From NCBI GenBank assembly GCA_963777605.1, contig CAVZRV010000010.1, forward strand, positions 416,001 through 480,000: a stretch of 64,000 nucleotides of DNA, in the 5' to 3' direction. The position numbers and the translations under genes were made by a program. The first letter of the stretch is position 1; each line of letters begins with the position of its first letter. Below, piece after piece: positions 9,487-21,094 of this stretch. The notes beneath the pieces were generated by a model. It did no database searches, had not been told where the DNA came from, and was given only the letters and a program-made list of their open reading frames with translations. The stretch is from an uncultured Acidobacteriota bacterium. Its GTDB lineage: Bacteria > Acidobacteriota > UBA6911 > RPQK01 > JAPXNP01.

Positions 9487-12400
9487 TCAGTTCTCCGCCG
9501 ATCTGAGAAGTCCGATGGTGTTGCGGAGGCGCTCATTCAGAGTCGTGATCACGGCTCTTGCTACCGCGACATGCTGGTTCAGGAGGTCATTGAAGTCGCG
9601 CCGGTTGACCGTCAGGAGCAGACAGTCTGTCAGTGCGGTAGCCGACGCCGACCGGGGTTCCCCGTCGAGAATCGCCATCTCCCCGAAGTGGTCCTCTGAC
9701 TTGAGGACTCCCAGTCGCTTATCTCCGCTGTGGATCAGGACTTCACCGTCCACCACCAGATAGAGAGTTTCACCGAGTTCGCCCTCGACCAGGATCTGCG
9801 AGCCAGCCGGGAAAACGGCTTCTTCGGTAATCCGGGCCAGCGCACTGAGTTCGGCGGCGGACATTTGAGAAAACAAAGGCACATGCCGAAGGAAGAGCAC
9901 TCGTTCAACCGTGATCATGGGGCATTCTTCTCCATCGTCTCCCCCCAGCGTGCGGGCAAAACGTCGCACCGAGGGGTCCGGATCGTCAACCAGAACAACG
10001 TTTCCGGAATTTTCATCCAGGCGGCAGAGGGCATCCAGGGCAGTCTCCCGGCAGAGCGGCACGTCGTGACCGAGCAACGGCCTGATTGAACCGACGAGAT
10101 CCCGTCTCTCGTTCCGCCCGGCTGCGAAGACCGCCCCTGCCAGTATGGAGGGGACGACCTCGCTTTCGAGCAACTTCGAGAATGGATCGCTTACCGGGCC
10201 CGCCGCGGCGCGTTTGGGGTCGAGAACTCGGAGGACTCTGGTGCGAAGATTCAGTGGCAACAGACTCTCCAGGACGTCCAGAGCCTTTGCTCGGTCCTCC
10301 GGCCTTCCTCTAGTCACTTTCAGCCGAAAAACATCCATGTCGACACCAGGCACCAGAATTTCAAGAAAGAGGAAGAGGTTTCGAACGTGTGCCGCGATCT
10401 CCGCGTCCAGCGCGCCCTGAAGGAAATCCGTTCCCGCAAGCCCGTCGAGAGCACGGAGGGTCATCCGCCTCTCCCCAAGCAGCCGTAGCTGCCCGTCGAC
10501 CATCCGGTTCACCTCGGCCGTTTCACCCGCGCTCGGGCGCCGATGCTGCAGAAGACGCCGGAAACAGTCGGCAAATGCCCAGGAGATGTAGGTTCTGCCG
10601 GAAAGCCGGCGGAGGCTCGACAAAGCCCGGTCACCTCCAATGCGCGAGAGGACGAGGTACAGGAGCGGCCCGCGGTCGAACGCACGCTTCAACCCGTCCT
10701 CGTCCAGCGATTCCAGATAAGAGAGTGTCCCCCCAGCCGCATTCACCAAGGCATCGACCGCGAGCCCACTCAATCCAGGATCCGACAGCTGCCCGGCCAG
10801 GGTCGGGACCAACCCTTCATCCGGCCTTTCGACGCACGCCTCGAGCGCGGCTCGTCGCACCTTGATCTCGGGATCGGTCAGGAGCTTCCGCATGAGGTTC
10901 TGGCGCCCCGGCAGATGCACTCGCGCCAGAGGACGCGCGGTTGCCCTGCGGTCTCGAGGTTCCGTGGAATCAATCAGGTTTTTCAGAGTCTGAACTCCCA
11001 GCATCAATCCGTTCAGGTCGGCCAACTGGATCAGGGCTACCGCCGCTTCAGCCCGGACCTCCGGTTCCGGGTCGTCAAGGGCCAGGGCCAGGGCCTCGGA
11101 GACCGACTGCCCGCCCAGCACCGATGCGGTCGTCACAACCGCCCGGCGTACCATCGGCTCGGGATGCTCGCGCTGGGCCAGAACCAGGTCGAGGTCGGCC
11201 GCCTCACTGGTCTCCCGTAACCGCTCTAACGCGACTACTTTCACGTCCGGTTCGTCTCGCTGAAGGAGCAACCTCATCTCCGGATTCAGGTCGAGGTCGC
11301 GAAACTCCCCAAGGACGGTCAGCAGGTAGGGCAGGTCCTCGGGCGGAGCCGTCAAGAGCCTTTCCCGAACGTAGTGCTCGACGGTGCGATCGGGCTGGCC
11401 CTCGGGCCGTTCCCCCGGGTAAATGAGCTTGGCTCGCAACCCCTCAACGAGTGCGTTGAGATACGTCCGATAGTTCGTCCTCGCCAGGAAGATCCAGACC
11501 AGCGCAGCAGCCGCCGCCGCCAGTGCCAGCCCCTGGAATCCAACCCGGCTCGAGCCGAAGAAGAGCAGGAATCCGGTCAGCCCCATGGCAACCGGCTTAC
11601 AGATGCCGTCCACGAATGCCCGGGCCTGGCTGTAGGACTGCTTGCGCACCCCGAGATAGAGGACGTGCAGAGCGGCCGTATCAACGGTGAAAACCATGAT
11701 CTGAACGGCGAAGCGGGAGGCTACAACGCCGCTGAACTCGGGGCCGAACACGGTCAACGAAGACGTCAGAAGGAGCGCTGCCGGAAGAAGGCATAGTGAA
11801 AGCAGGAGCCCACCTTTCCGCAACAGCCAGCTCACCGCCAGGAGTTGAATCAGCAAGACCACGACATTCGCAGCTGCGTAGAAGTTTCCGAAGAAGCCGG
11901 GCAACTCGGCGGCGGAAAAGGTGCTTTGGGCGGCCGCTTTGAACTGAAAATCGACCAGCGTCACTGTCACCGTCGCCACACCGACCATCGCCGCGAGGCC
12001 TCGAATGTTCTCGTTGAGGAGCAGCCGAAGCCGGTAGCGAACGCCGGGACGTGATCCTGAACTCGGGGGACGCTCCCGCCGCTGCGGAGACCGTTCCCGT
12101 GATCCACTGGCCAGCAACTGCACGACCAGAGCGAACGCGGCAAGAAGGATGGCCACCACGACCAGGAGGTTCTCGACTCCCAGTGACCGGTTGAACGGTC
12201 CGACCGCAAGCGCAGCCGCCATGCACGCAGCCGTGCCTGCGGCGCCGACGAAACCAATGTACTGTTTCGCCTCGCGAGAGTCGAACAACTGGGCAAAGAA
12301 GCTCCAAAACAGGAGCATCGTCCCGTTAACGGTCAGGTCGGCCAGCAGATAAGCCGCCAGTTTCGCGGCCCGAATCTCGGCACCCAGCGCCACCCGGACG

Positions 12401-12687
12401 CCTACCACCAAAACGACGAGAAAGAGGGACGATGCGGCGATCAGGCGATGAACCGGGATTCGCCCCGAGAGGAGTCCAAACAGGCTCGCAAGCAGGCTGA
12501 CGATTACCGCCGTTGCAAGGTAGAGAGAGGCCAGCGTCTCCCTGCTGTAGGCGCTCAGAAACAACGTGTCGCCGCCGATTCGGATCAGCAGGTTGGCGAC
12601 TGCGACGCAAATGAACCCGACGGCGGCACCCAGGATTCGCACCCGGTCCCGGGGTTCAATCGTCGAGAATCGGCTGAAAGTCTTCAT
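9487..12687 (-). CDS. TLC/Npt-like (ATP/ADP translocase fold) membrane protein fused to HEAT repeats and a C-terminal cyclic-nucleotide-binding domain
   Basis: About 12 TM segments with LFWSFFAQLFDSREAK, LVDFQFK and ARAFVDG; HEAT repeats (DDPEPEVRAEA, DPEIKVRRAA); CNB motif FGEMAILDGEPRSASA. Confidence 0.85.
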   Translation of the reverse strand: MKTFSRFSTIEPRDRVRILGAAVGFICVAVANLLIRIGGDTLFLSAYSRETLASLYLATAVIVSLLASLFGLLSGRIPVHRLIAASSLFLVVLVVGVRVALGAEIRAAKLAAYLLADLTVNGTMLLFWSFFAQLFDSREAKQYIGFVGAAGTAACMAAALAVGPFNRSLGVENLLVVVAILLAAFALVVQLLASGSRERSPQRRERPPSSGSRPGVRYRLRLLLNENIRGLAAMVGVATVTVTLVDFQFKAAAQSTFSAAELPGFFGNFYAAANVVVLLIQLLAVSWLLRKGGLLLSLCLLPAALLLTSSLTVFGPEFSGVVASRFAVQIMVFTVDTAALHVLYLGVRKQSYSQARAFVDGICKPVAMGLTGFLLFFGSSRVGFQGLALAAAAAALVWIFLARTNYRTYLNALVEGLRAKLIYPGERPEGQPDRTVEHYVRERLLTAPPEDLPYLLTVLGEFRDLDLNPEMRLLLQRDEPDVKVVALERLRETSEAADLDLVLAQREHPEPMVRRAVVTTASVLGGQSVSEALALALDDPEPEVRAEAAVALIQLADLNGLMLGVQTLKNLIDSTEPRDRRATARPLARVHLPGRQNLMRKLLTDPEIKVRRAALEACVERPDEGLVPTLAGQLSDPGLSGLAVDALVNAAGGTLSYLESLDEDGLKRAFDRGPLLYLVLSRIGGDRALSSLRRLSGRTYISWAFADCFRRLLQHRRPSAGETAEVNRMVDGQLRLLGERRMTLRALDGLAGTDFLQGALDAEIAAHVRNLFLFLEILVPGVDMDVFRLKVTRGRPEDRAKALDVLESLLPLNLRTRVLRVLDPKRAAAGPVSDPFSKLLESEVVPSILAGAVFAAGRNERRDLVGSIRPLLGHDVPLCRETALDALCRLDENSGNVVLVDDPDPSVRRFARTLGGDDGEECPMITVERVLFLRHVPLFSQMSAAELSALARITEEAVFPAGSQILVEGELGETLYLVVDGEVLIHSGDKRLGVLKSEDHFGEMAILDGEPRSASATALTDCLLLTVNRRDFNDLLNQHVAVARAVITTLNERLRNTIGLLRSAEN

Positions 12688-12766
12688 CGTAGGTATCGAA
12701 TTCCCCCTATTCTGAAGGAGGACTCCCAGTTCGACAACGAGGAAGCTGAGAATCCGAAGCGGACCT

Positions 12767-12793
12767 GGCTGCCTCGGCTGCCTCGGCTGCCCC
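12767..12793. repeat. Three 9-bp tandem repeats GGCTGCC(T/C)C
   Basis: ggctgcctc-ggctgcctc-ggctgcccc in the divergent intergenic region. Confidence 0.7.
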
Positions 12794-12977
12794 GTCTCAC
12801 CCGCTCAGGCAATCAGCCCGCCCGGCGTTGACACCCGGAGGAAAGCCTTCCACCATGGACTTTGGCGGCAGAGCAAACACTGCCGGGTCTCCCGGTAGCG
12901 AAACGACTTGCGGTGTCTGTCCGATCGGTTGGGTATAGTCTTTTTTTTTGCTTGCCTGCTTGAAATGGAGAAGACTG

Positions 12978-13652
12978 ATGGTTGCGCCGGGTTGCCTGTC
13001 CTTATTGATGATCGTCGGACTCTTCCTGCTTCCGTTCTTTTATGCGAACCTGATGGTGGCGGCCATGGCAAAGCTGGGAATGAGTCCGGCAGCGGCCATC
13101 TGGACGATCACTGGAGTCATCCTTGGCAGCCTCATCAACATCCCGGTCCGGAAGATCGAGCGGCATCAGGATGTGGACTACTCAAGGCTCCACATGTTCG
13201 GCTTGCAGCGACTGGTTCCCTCGGCAGGCCGCGCAAACCCTTACACGATCATCGCGATCAACGTCGGAGGTTTTGTCATCCCCATGCTGGTTTCCCTTTA
13301 CCAGATCGCCCGGATCACCCAGAAGGGTCCGGGGATGACGATCTCTCTGGTGGTGGTCAGCGCGATCAACATTCTCGTCTGCTATCGCCTGGCGCGACCC
13401 ACGCCCGGCGTTGGGATCACGATGCCGCCTTTAATTCCTCCCCTGATCGCCGCCACGGGAGCCCTGATCTTAGCCCCTGAGTTCGCACCTCCCCTGGCCT
13501 TCGCCGCCGGCGTCCTCGGTCCGGTGATCGGCGCCGACCTGATGCACATGAAAGACGTCGAACGACTTTCCACCGGGATTGCCAGCATCGGAGGGGCCGG
13601 GACTTTTGACGGGATCGTCCTGTCCGGCATAATCGCCGCTTTTCTCGCCTGA
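12978..13652 (+). CDS. DUF1614 family membrane protein
   Basis: GSLINIPV, IAINVGG, GVLGPVIGADL and ASIGGAGTFDGI motifs; GGAG RBS upstream. Confidence 0.88.
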   Translation: MVAPGCLSLLMIVGLFLLPFFYANLMVAAMAKLGMSPAAAIWTITGVILGSLINIPVRKIERHQDVDYSRLHMFGLQRLVPSAGRANPYTIIAINVGGFVIPMLVSLYQIARITQKGPGMTISLVVVSAINILVCYRLARPTPGVGITMPPLIPPLIAATGALILAPEFAPPLAFAAGVLGPVIGADLMHMKDVERLSTGIASIGGAGTFDGIVLSGIIAAFLA

Positions 13653-13713
13653 GCCTCACGGCCCCCCCGTCGATTCAAAGGACCTCTGAGACCGATTCGA
13701 CCGGTTCGCGACC

Positions 13714-13942
13714 TGAAACTTCAACTGCTCGGTCCAAGCGTTGAGACCTCGCATTCAGTACGAGAGTGAGCGAGCGCGACTGCGGACGTTCGCATGTCAC
13801 CGGAAGTGATGCCGGAGGCCGCAACCGTTCGGAGAGAGCCAAGATCCACGGCAGGCGGTAGATGAAGAACTGGAGACACGCTGGGTCCACTCGCGTACTG
13901 AATGCGGGTGAATCGCGATACTGGGCTGGAACTTGAGTTTCA
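13714..13942. other. Long imperfect inverted repeat: candidate structured ncRNA or MITE
   Basis: CGCATTCAGTACGAGAGTG (13750-68) versus CACTCGCGTACTGAATGCG (13888-906), 18/19 complementary; outer pairs GCTCGGT/ACTGGGC and TGAAACT/AGTTTCA. Confidence 0.5.
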
Positions 13943-13987
13943 TCCGTTGAATGATTCCCGCAGCGCGGAGAGTGGGGTTCATCTGAA

Positions 13988-16900
13988 TCACCGCGTCTTT
14001 CCATTGCCGTCGAGAACACTTCGGACATGTTCCGCCAGCGCTTCCATCGCAAACGGCTTCTGAATGAATTCGATACCGGGTTCGAGAATTCCCCTGCGTG
14101 CGATCACATCGGCCGTGTAGCCCGACATGTAGATAGTCTTTAACCGGGGACGAATCTCGCGCAGGCGCAGGTCGAGCTGCCTTCCATTCATCCCCGGCAT
14201 CACAACATCGGTCAGCAGCAGGTGGATTTCACCTGCGTACTCATGCACCAATCCGATCGCCTCGAGCGGGGTATGGGCGACCAGAACGCGATACCCGTGC
14301 TTCTCCAGAAACCTTTTCGCAAGCTTGAGGAGGACCTCCTCATCCTCGACAATCAGCACCGTCTCGCTTCCAGAGACATTTCTTCGGGGGTGTCCCTTTT
14401 CGTCCATCCCAACCTGTCCGCGGTAATGGGGCAGGTAGACCTCGAAGGAAGCCCCCTTACCGGGCTCACTGTGAACTCGAATCAGGCCGCCGTTCTGCTT
14501 CACAATTCCGTAGACCGTGGACAGGCCCAGGCCGGTCCCCTCTCCTTCCTTCTTCGTCGTGAAGAACGGCTCAAAAATGTGCTCGAGATGCGAGGGCTCG
14601 ATCCCCGCCCCGGAATCGGTCACCGTCAGCCTCACAAACTGGCCCTCTTGAACAGGGAAGTCTTTCCGGGAATCGGCATCATTCAGCCGACAGTTTGCCA
14701 TTTCAACAGCGATCGTACCGACGCCGTCGATGGCATCCCGGGCGTTGACGAGAAGGTTGGCCAAAATCTGATCCACCTGTGACGGATCAATCCACGTGTT
14801 CCAGAGGTCGGGTGCAGACCTGAAGTCGACGGAAATCTCCTCGCCGATCATCCGAGTCAGCATCGCTTTTCGATTGTGGATCAATTCGTCGAGGTTGACC
14901 GACTGTGGCTGAATCACCTGCTTTCGAGAAAAGGCCAGCAGTTGACGGGTCAGATCGACCGATCGTTGGGCAGCCCGGTCGATCTCCTGAAGGTCCTGTC
15001 CCAATTGGGACTCGGGATCGATGTCCGCCATGGCCACTTCCGTCACCCCGAGGATGACCGCCAGCATGTTGTTGAAATCATGGGCTACACCGCCGGCCAA
15101 CCGGCCGATTGCCTCCATCTTCTGGGCCTGTCTCAATTCCAACTCCATCTTTTCGTGGGCCTGCTGGATTCGAACCTGCTCGGAGATATCCTCCGAAAGC
15201 ACCAGTACTCCGGTCATTTCCCCCTCCCGGTTCTTCAGGGGAGTGACGCTTACTGAGAGAACACGGGTCCCTAAACCGGGGACCATCATCTGCAAACGAA
15301 CTCCCGAGACCGGGGCTCCAGTTGCCAGGACTCGGGTAATCGGACGCTCCGCCGCCGGAAGCGGAGTGCCGTCAAGAGCCGTCAACTCCCAATCCAACTC
15401 GGCATATCGACGACCAATCAGTTCTCCCTCACCGCACCCCATCAGGCTCTCTATGACCTGGTTGGCAAAAGTGATCCGGCCGTCGAGATCCACCACGCCG
15501 ATTCCGATCGGGCTGGCTTCGGTGATCTCTTTGAGGAGGTTCCGTTCCGCGGAAAGCGCCTCCTCGGCCCGGTGCCAAAGGGTAATGTCCCGGACAATTC
15601 CTTCAAGACCGATCAACTCTCCGTCTCTCGTCAAAGACCGGAACACTTCGATTCTCAGTCCAGGTAATCGTTCCGTCCTTCCTGATCAGTCGAAGCACTA
15701 CCGGGCTTCCATCGACGTCGGTCCCGGCTTCCATGGCTTCGAGTAGGTGCAGATCATCGGGATGGACAATTCGGTCCAGAAGATCGGGATCGGAATAGAA
15801 GTCTTCCGGCAGATAGCCGGTAATCTCCCTCACCGCCGGGCTCAGGTACTCGAATCTGGACTCAGAACCGAACTGATAACGATAGATCAGGTCGGGAGCG
15901 TTTTCGGCAGCCGCCGATATCGCTCCTGTACCTTGTGCAACTCTGCTTGAGCCGCCTCCCTCTCAGTTATGTCGATGGTCACCGCTAGAAAGAGCCGATT
16001 CTCCGCGTGGTACGAAAGGTGCACTTCCACCGGGTATGATTCTCCGCTCTTTCTGCGGTGGACAGTGGTGAACTGAACCCTGTTCCGTTCGCCTTCGACC
16101 AGAGGTCGCAGCATTTCCCGATACTCCTCCTCGGATAGTCCGGGCTGCAATTCCACAGGAGTCATGCTGGCGAGTTCATCGAGTGAATAGCCCAGGCTCT
16201 CCTGGGCCCCTCGGCTCACCCTCGTGAAGCGGAGCGAATCCAGGTCAAAGACGCAGATTTCACTGCAGGAATGCTCCATGAGATCCAGAAGCAACTGCTG
16301 CTCCAGTTCGGCACGTTTTCTTTCCGTGATGTCGGTGTGCATTCCAAACATCAGCAGCGGGCGCCCATCGTCGTCCCACTCGAGTACCTTGCCCCGGTCA
16401 GTGACCCAGACCCAGTTTCCGTCCTTGCGCCGCATGCGATAATCGGACTCGAACGTCTCCAGCCTTCCTTCCAGATGACGGTCAAGGGTCTCTTGGACTC
16501 GGCTCATGTCTTCGGGGTGGACCAACTCTTCCCACGTTTTGATGCTCAAAGGCTTCAGGTCTTCAAGGGAGTAGCCCAACATCTCCGCCCAGCGACCGTC
16601 GAAGACAGTTTCACCGGTTTGAATATTCCACTCCCAAGTCCCGACATCGGTACCTTCGATAATATTGGAGAGTCTTTGCCGCTGGCGGATCAGCGCCGAA
16701 ACCACCCGCTTTCGTTCCGTAACATCCCGGACGAAGACAAAGAAGCGCCCTCCTTCTACGTCGTCGTGGGTGATGCTAACTTCGACATCGATATGCGAAC
16801 CGTTTTTGTGACGGAGCTTCGATTCGAACCGAGCCCACCAGTTTCCAATAACCGATCCCTTCTCTGAAATATCTGCTCCGGCGATTCGATCGCCTCAATA

Positions 16901-18018
16901 TCTGCAACGGACAACGACGCGAGTTCCTCCTGCGTATAACCGACCATTTGACAAAAAGCGCGGTTGACCTCCAACAGGCGGGTGTCGATTGACGTTGCAA
17001 GAAATCCTTCGTGCGCACCCTCCAACACCGCACCATGAATCTTTTCTTTCGACTTCCGGTCACTCGTGTCCCGAGTGTTGAAAACGACGGCGCGAATATC
17101 AGGATCACTGGTCAAGTTGGTCGCCACGGTCTCTACCCAGAGCCAACGTCCATCCTGGTGTCGGATCCGATGTTCGATGGTGTCCACAGCCCCAGCTGTT
17201 CTCGTCAGCCGAGCAAATTTCCTGCGAGCCTCCTCACGGTCGTCCGGGTGGGTGAAGCAATCGAAGTTCCTCTGCATCATCTCCTTCGGGCTGTACCCAA
17301 GAATGGGGCCAATCGATTCGCTGATGTAAATCACCCGGCCCTCGGAGTCGACCAGGGATGTGATTCCCCAGGCCCGTTCAAAAAGCCGGCGAAGCCAGCG
17401 CTCGTTCCGACGGGTCTCTTCGAATGCAACATGACGGGTCCGCTGGGAATCCAACAACTTTCCCATCAACATGGTCGCAACTGGATAGATCCCCAGGATG
17501 AGAGGTCCGATGCCCTCGAGGATCGACAACCGCACCCCCGACGGCAGAAACATGACGCATGCCACCATCGTGAAGTGAACGACCAAGCCAAAGCACCACA
17601 AGTCGAACCACCCGAACGCCCTGGTTGGTGAAAACCTAAGTCGTCGCCACGCGACACCCCATGCCGCTGACGTCAAAATCACCATTACGCCCATTGCGGC
17701 CCCGCTTCCACCATTCACAACGCGGAATGTGGCCGTAATCGCAGCCGCGATTACGGCAGGCAGTGCACCAAAGAACAGTCCGGTCGTGGACAAAAGTATC
17801 GAACGGGTATCAAAAAAGATCCCAGGGGCAAGACTCCAGGAGTTGAGCATCACTGCAACCCCTGTCAGGCCGAGTACAGAACCGAGGACTACCTCACTGG
17901 CACGACTGACAGGCTTCTTGGGAAGCGGACTGAATGAATACAGGACTACGAGAGTCACCAGAAAGGCAGCGTTGTTAATTATGCCCAGAGCTGCTTCAAA
18001 CGTCATACTCGGCTCCAA
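13988..18018 (-). CDS. Hybrid sensor histidine kinase (5TM-LytS/YhcK, multiple PAS, HisKA, HATPase, REC), split by three single-base frameshifts
   Basis: Four ORFs join into one protein at ~16835, ~15908 and ~15628; [10 protein letters not shown] (5TMR-LYT), [24 protein letters not shown] and [13 protein letters not shown]. Confidence 0.88.
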
Positions 18019-18273
18019 GTGTGACGGAAATGCATGGGATAAAACGACCGCAAAATCCCAAATCTCCGCACCCTCAAGAGGCTGCGGGCTCCCAGTGCCG
18101 GAGAGTTGTCTACCTCAAACCCGACACTTGCACCGAAACGTACGGGTGAACGGACTTGCAGTCAAGCACTCCCTACCAACCAACCGTTCACTGTGCCTGA
18201 GAAATCGGGAGAATCACGCAAAAACTTGAGATTCAAGTCAGCGGCTCAATCGTGGACTGAGCGCTGATGCCAC

Positions 18274-20769
18274 TCAGATTGGAAACCGCCGCCGGCCGGC
18301 AGCCTTAGTCAGCACTTCCTCCACACTGACCAGGAGATCGGTTGACTTGAACGGCTTGCGGAGAAAACGCGACCCTTCAACCCGGGACACCTTCATCTCC
18401 ACGTCAACGTCGCCTGAGATGAACAGAATCGGCAATTCAGGACGACGATTACGGATGTCCACAGCAAGAGCGACTCCGTTTCCGTCAGGCAGGTGAATGT
18501 CAGTGATCAGAAGGTTGAAGGAGAACCCGTGGGCCATGACCCGCTGAGCTTCTGCGACTGTCTCCACCATCTGGACCCCGTAGCCCGATCGAGAAAGGAT
18601 CTTGGAGGTGACACTGCGAACTCGCGCATCGTCTTCCACGAGCAGAATTGAAACCGCGCCGGGAATCAACTCCTCGGGCTGAAACCCCTCGGCCAAGGAA
18701 ACCAGATTGAGAGGAAAAGCAATCCGAAATGTGGTGCCATTGCCGGGTTCCGATTCGACATCAATGCGACCCTGGTGTCGCTGAACAATCGCGTAGACGG
18801 TCGAGAGTCCCAAGCCGGTTCCCCGCCCCCGCTCCTTGGTAGTGAAGAACGGATCGAAGATCTGCTTGAGGACCTCGTCGTCCATACCGGTACCAGTATC
18901 CCGAACTTCGATTTCCAGCATCCGGCCGGCGTCATCCTGACCGGGCTTAATGCCTGACGGAACATCACCCAGATTTCTGGTCGTGACAACAATCTGCCCA
19001 CCGTCCGGCATGGCATCGCGAGCGTTCAAGAGGAGATTCATCATGACCTGCTCAATCTGAGTCGAATCCCCCAGGATGCGGTCCTGCTCGGCACCGCGCA
19101 CGACTTCAATCTCGATGTCATCTTCCATCATGCGCGAGACCATCCGCACCATACCCGTGAGCAGTTCGTGAACCTCGATCTCTCCGAATTCCCTGTCCTC
19201 CTGCCGTCCGAAGAGCAGGAGCTTCCGGGTCAGGTCGCCGCCCTTGAGCGCACACTGGCGAATCTCCTTGAGGCTCTCTGCACGTTCCGGCGCTTCCTTG
19301 GCCCAGGAACCGCTCAGATCGATCTCAGCTGTCCAGAGGATTGCGGTCAGGACATTGTTGAAGTCGTGTGCGATTCCACTGGCAAACCGCCCCACCGCTT
19401 CCATTTTCTGAGATTGGAAGAGCTGTTTTTCGAGCAACCGAACTTCCGTCACGTCACGAACGACTCCGTAAATGAGTTGCTCCGACACGGAGGGATAAAC
19501 ATTCCATACGAGGCGGCGGACAGAGCCATCCCTGCACATGCATCGATTCTCAAACCCGAAGACCGGCTGGCCCGACTGGAGTTCGCGGCTCACTCGCGAT
19601 GTTTCTCCTCGGTCTTCCGGGTCAATGAATTCGAGCCAGGGGCGGCTCGTCAATTCCGCCTCCGACCAGCCCAGCGTCTTTGACCAAGCCGGGTTGACCT
19701 CACGCAGCACCCCGTCGAACCCGGCAATGCAGAGAAGGTCCAGTGATTGCTCGAAGAAACGGTTCCGCTGGTCTTCCAGCCGTCGCTGCTCGGTCAGATC
19801 GATCCCGATCCCGATTCCACTCCCGTCCGAGAGCCGAAGATTCGCCCACGAGGTCCTCAAGAGCCTCCCGTCTTTTCTTCGAGTCAGAAAGTCAGCCCAG
19901 CTGCCGTCGGCTGTCTCGATGTGTCTCATGACCCGGGCCCGTTCATCGAATTCCGGATAGCATTCCGCGAACAAGTCGATCGCTTCGATCTCCTCCCGGG
20001 ACCACCCAAGGGTTTCGATCCACCCCCGGTTGACCCACTTGAGCCGGCCCGAAAAATCGAAAAAGCCGGTCATCACCGGCGCATTGTCAAGGATCGCGAG
20101 CATCGTTTCATTGAGGGCGGACAGTTCCTCCATCTGCTCCCGGAGTTGCCTATTCTGTCGGTGCCGATCAGTAACATCGCGGATAAATCCCTCCAAAATC
20201 GGGACCCCGTTGACGTTCCCCGTCACTCGGCTCCGCTCGAACACATGCCGGACGACGCCGTCTTTGCGCCGGATACGATAGCCCACCTCGAACCGCCCGG
20301 AACCGGCGACCGCCTTCGCTACATTGCTGCGGACTTTCTCGCAGTCCTCCGGCGCGATCAGGCGCCCAAATGAGACCGAACGGCCATCGAGCCATTCCGC
20401 CGGACTGTAGCCGGTCAGCGACTCTGCCTCGGAACTGACGTAGAGCATGGTGCAGGCCTGATCGTGCAAACAGCGGTAGACCATCCCGGGGACGTTCTCG
20501 ACCAGGTTCTGATAATGCTCAGTTGCTTCGGACAACTCCCTCTCTTTTCGATGGCGGAGAGACAGGTTCCGGTACATTGAGTAGCTGAGGATGATTGAGG
20601 TAGCCAGCACGAAAAACAGACCCTTAACAGTCTGCCAGACCCCGGCGAGGTGGGGTGACGAACCGACCAGGATCTGTACGGCCCAGTCGGATACATATAT
20701 CCATGCTCCCGCCACGACCGCGTAAGGCCCGACTATGCGAAGGACCTCAAGTCCTATGTTCCTGCGCAC
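18274..20769 (-). CDS. Membrane PAS hybrid histidine kinase/response regulator
   Basis: Two TM segments (AWIYVSD, KGLFFV), three PAS domains, GIAHDFNN H-box, GTGLGL and a C-terminal REC ([13 protein letters not shown]). Confidence 0.92.
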   Translation of the reverse strand: MRRNIGLEVLRIVGPYAVVAGAWIYVSDWAVQILVGSSPHLAGVWQTVKGLFFVLATSIILSYSMYRNLSLRHRKERELSEATEHYQNLVENVPGMVYRCLHDQACTMLYVSSEAESLTGYSPAEWLDGRSVSFGRLIAPEDCEKVRSNVAKAVAGSGRFEVGYRIRRKDGVVRHVFERSRVTGNVNGVPILEGFIRDVTDRHRQNRQLREQMEELSALNETMLAILDNAPVMTGFFDFSGRLKWVNRGWIETLGWSREEIEAIDLFAECYPEFDERARVMRHIETADGSWADFLTRRKDGRLLRTSWANLRLSDGSGIGIGIDLTEQRRLEDQRNRFFEQSLDLLCIAGFDGVLREVNPAWSKTLGWSEAELTSRPWLEFIDPEDRGETSRVSRELQSGQPVFGFENRCMCRDGSVRRLVWNVYPSVSEQLIYGVVRDVTEVRLLEKQLFQSQKMEAVGRFASGIAHDFNNVLTAILWTAEIDLSGSWAKEAPERAESLKEIRQCALKGGDLTRKLLLFGRQEDREFGEIEVHELLTGMVRMVSRMMEDDIEIEVVRGAEQDRILGDSTQIEQVMMNLLLNARDAMPDGGQIVVTTRNLGDVPSGIKPGQDDAGRMLEIEVRDTGTGMDDEVLKQIFDPFFTTKERGRGTGLGLSTVYAIVQRHQGRIDVESEPGNGTTFRIAFPLNLVSLAEGFQPEELIPGAVSILLVEDDARVRSVTSKILSRSGYGVQMVETVAEAQRVMAHGFSFNLLITDIHLPDGNGVALAVDIRNRRPELPILFISGDVDVEMKVSRVEGSRFLRKPFKSTDLLVSVEEVLTKAAGRRRFPI

Positions 20770-20918
20770 GCTCCCTCGACATTTCTTCCAAGCCGGACTC
20801 TTGCCCTTTTGACCGACAAATCCAAACGACTCAATTCCATTCGAGGAACCCGAGACCTGGCACCCCCCGGGCCCGGAATCCGTTACTCGATCGAAGCAGA
20901 ATGCAGGCTCACCAAGCT

Positions 20919-20938
20919 TTTGATCTTAGCAGATCAAA
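20919..20938. promoter_or_regulatory. 8-4-8 palindrome, candidate operator
   Basis: TTTGATCT-TAGC-AGATCAAA in the AT-rich divergent region between the kinase and queE. Confidence 0.35.
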
Positions 20939-21094
20939 TAAATTCCACAAAATGCAAACACTTACACCCAGATTTGCGAGGTTCACCCATGTGATCGGGG
21001 GACTTCTCATTCAATTCCGATAAAATTAAAGCCAGCCGAAGGAGGCCAAACTGAGAGGCAACTGAGAAGGAACGACCACCGGGCCGGCAGCGAT

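Noticed and set aside
12836-12900. GAGGAAAG resembling the RNase P RNA 5' motif
   Set aside because: Continues CCTTCC rather than TCC(G)GG, and no matching 3' ACAGAA-x-CGGCTTA motif is present.
12941-12949. Poly-T(9) as a phase-variable switch or terminator
   Set aside because: Non-coding, no adjacent GC stem, and not clearly between -35 and -10 elements.
13988-18018. Programmed frameshifting or phase variation in the split kinase, glgP and EAL-HDOD genes
   Set aside because: No slippery heptamers or long homopolymers at the junctions; mixed +1/-1 events in 1-4-nt runs fit sequencing error.
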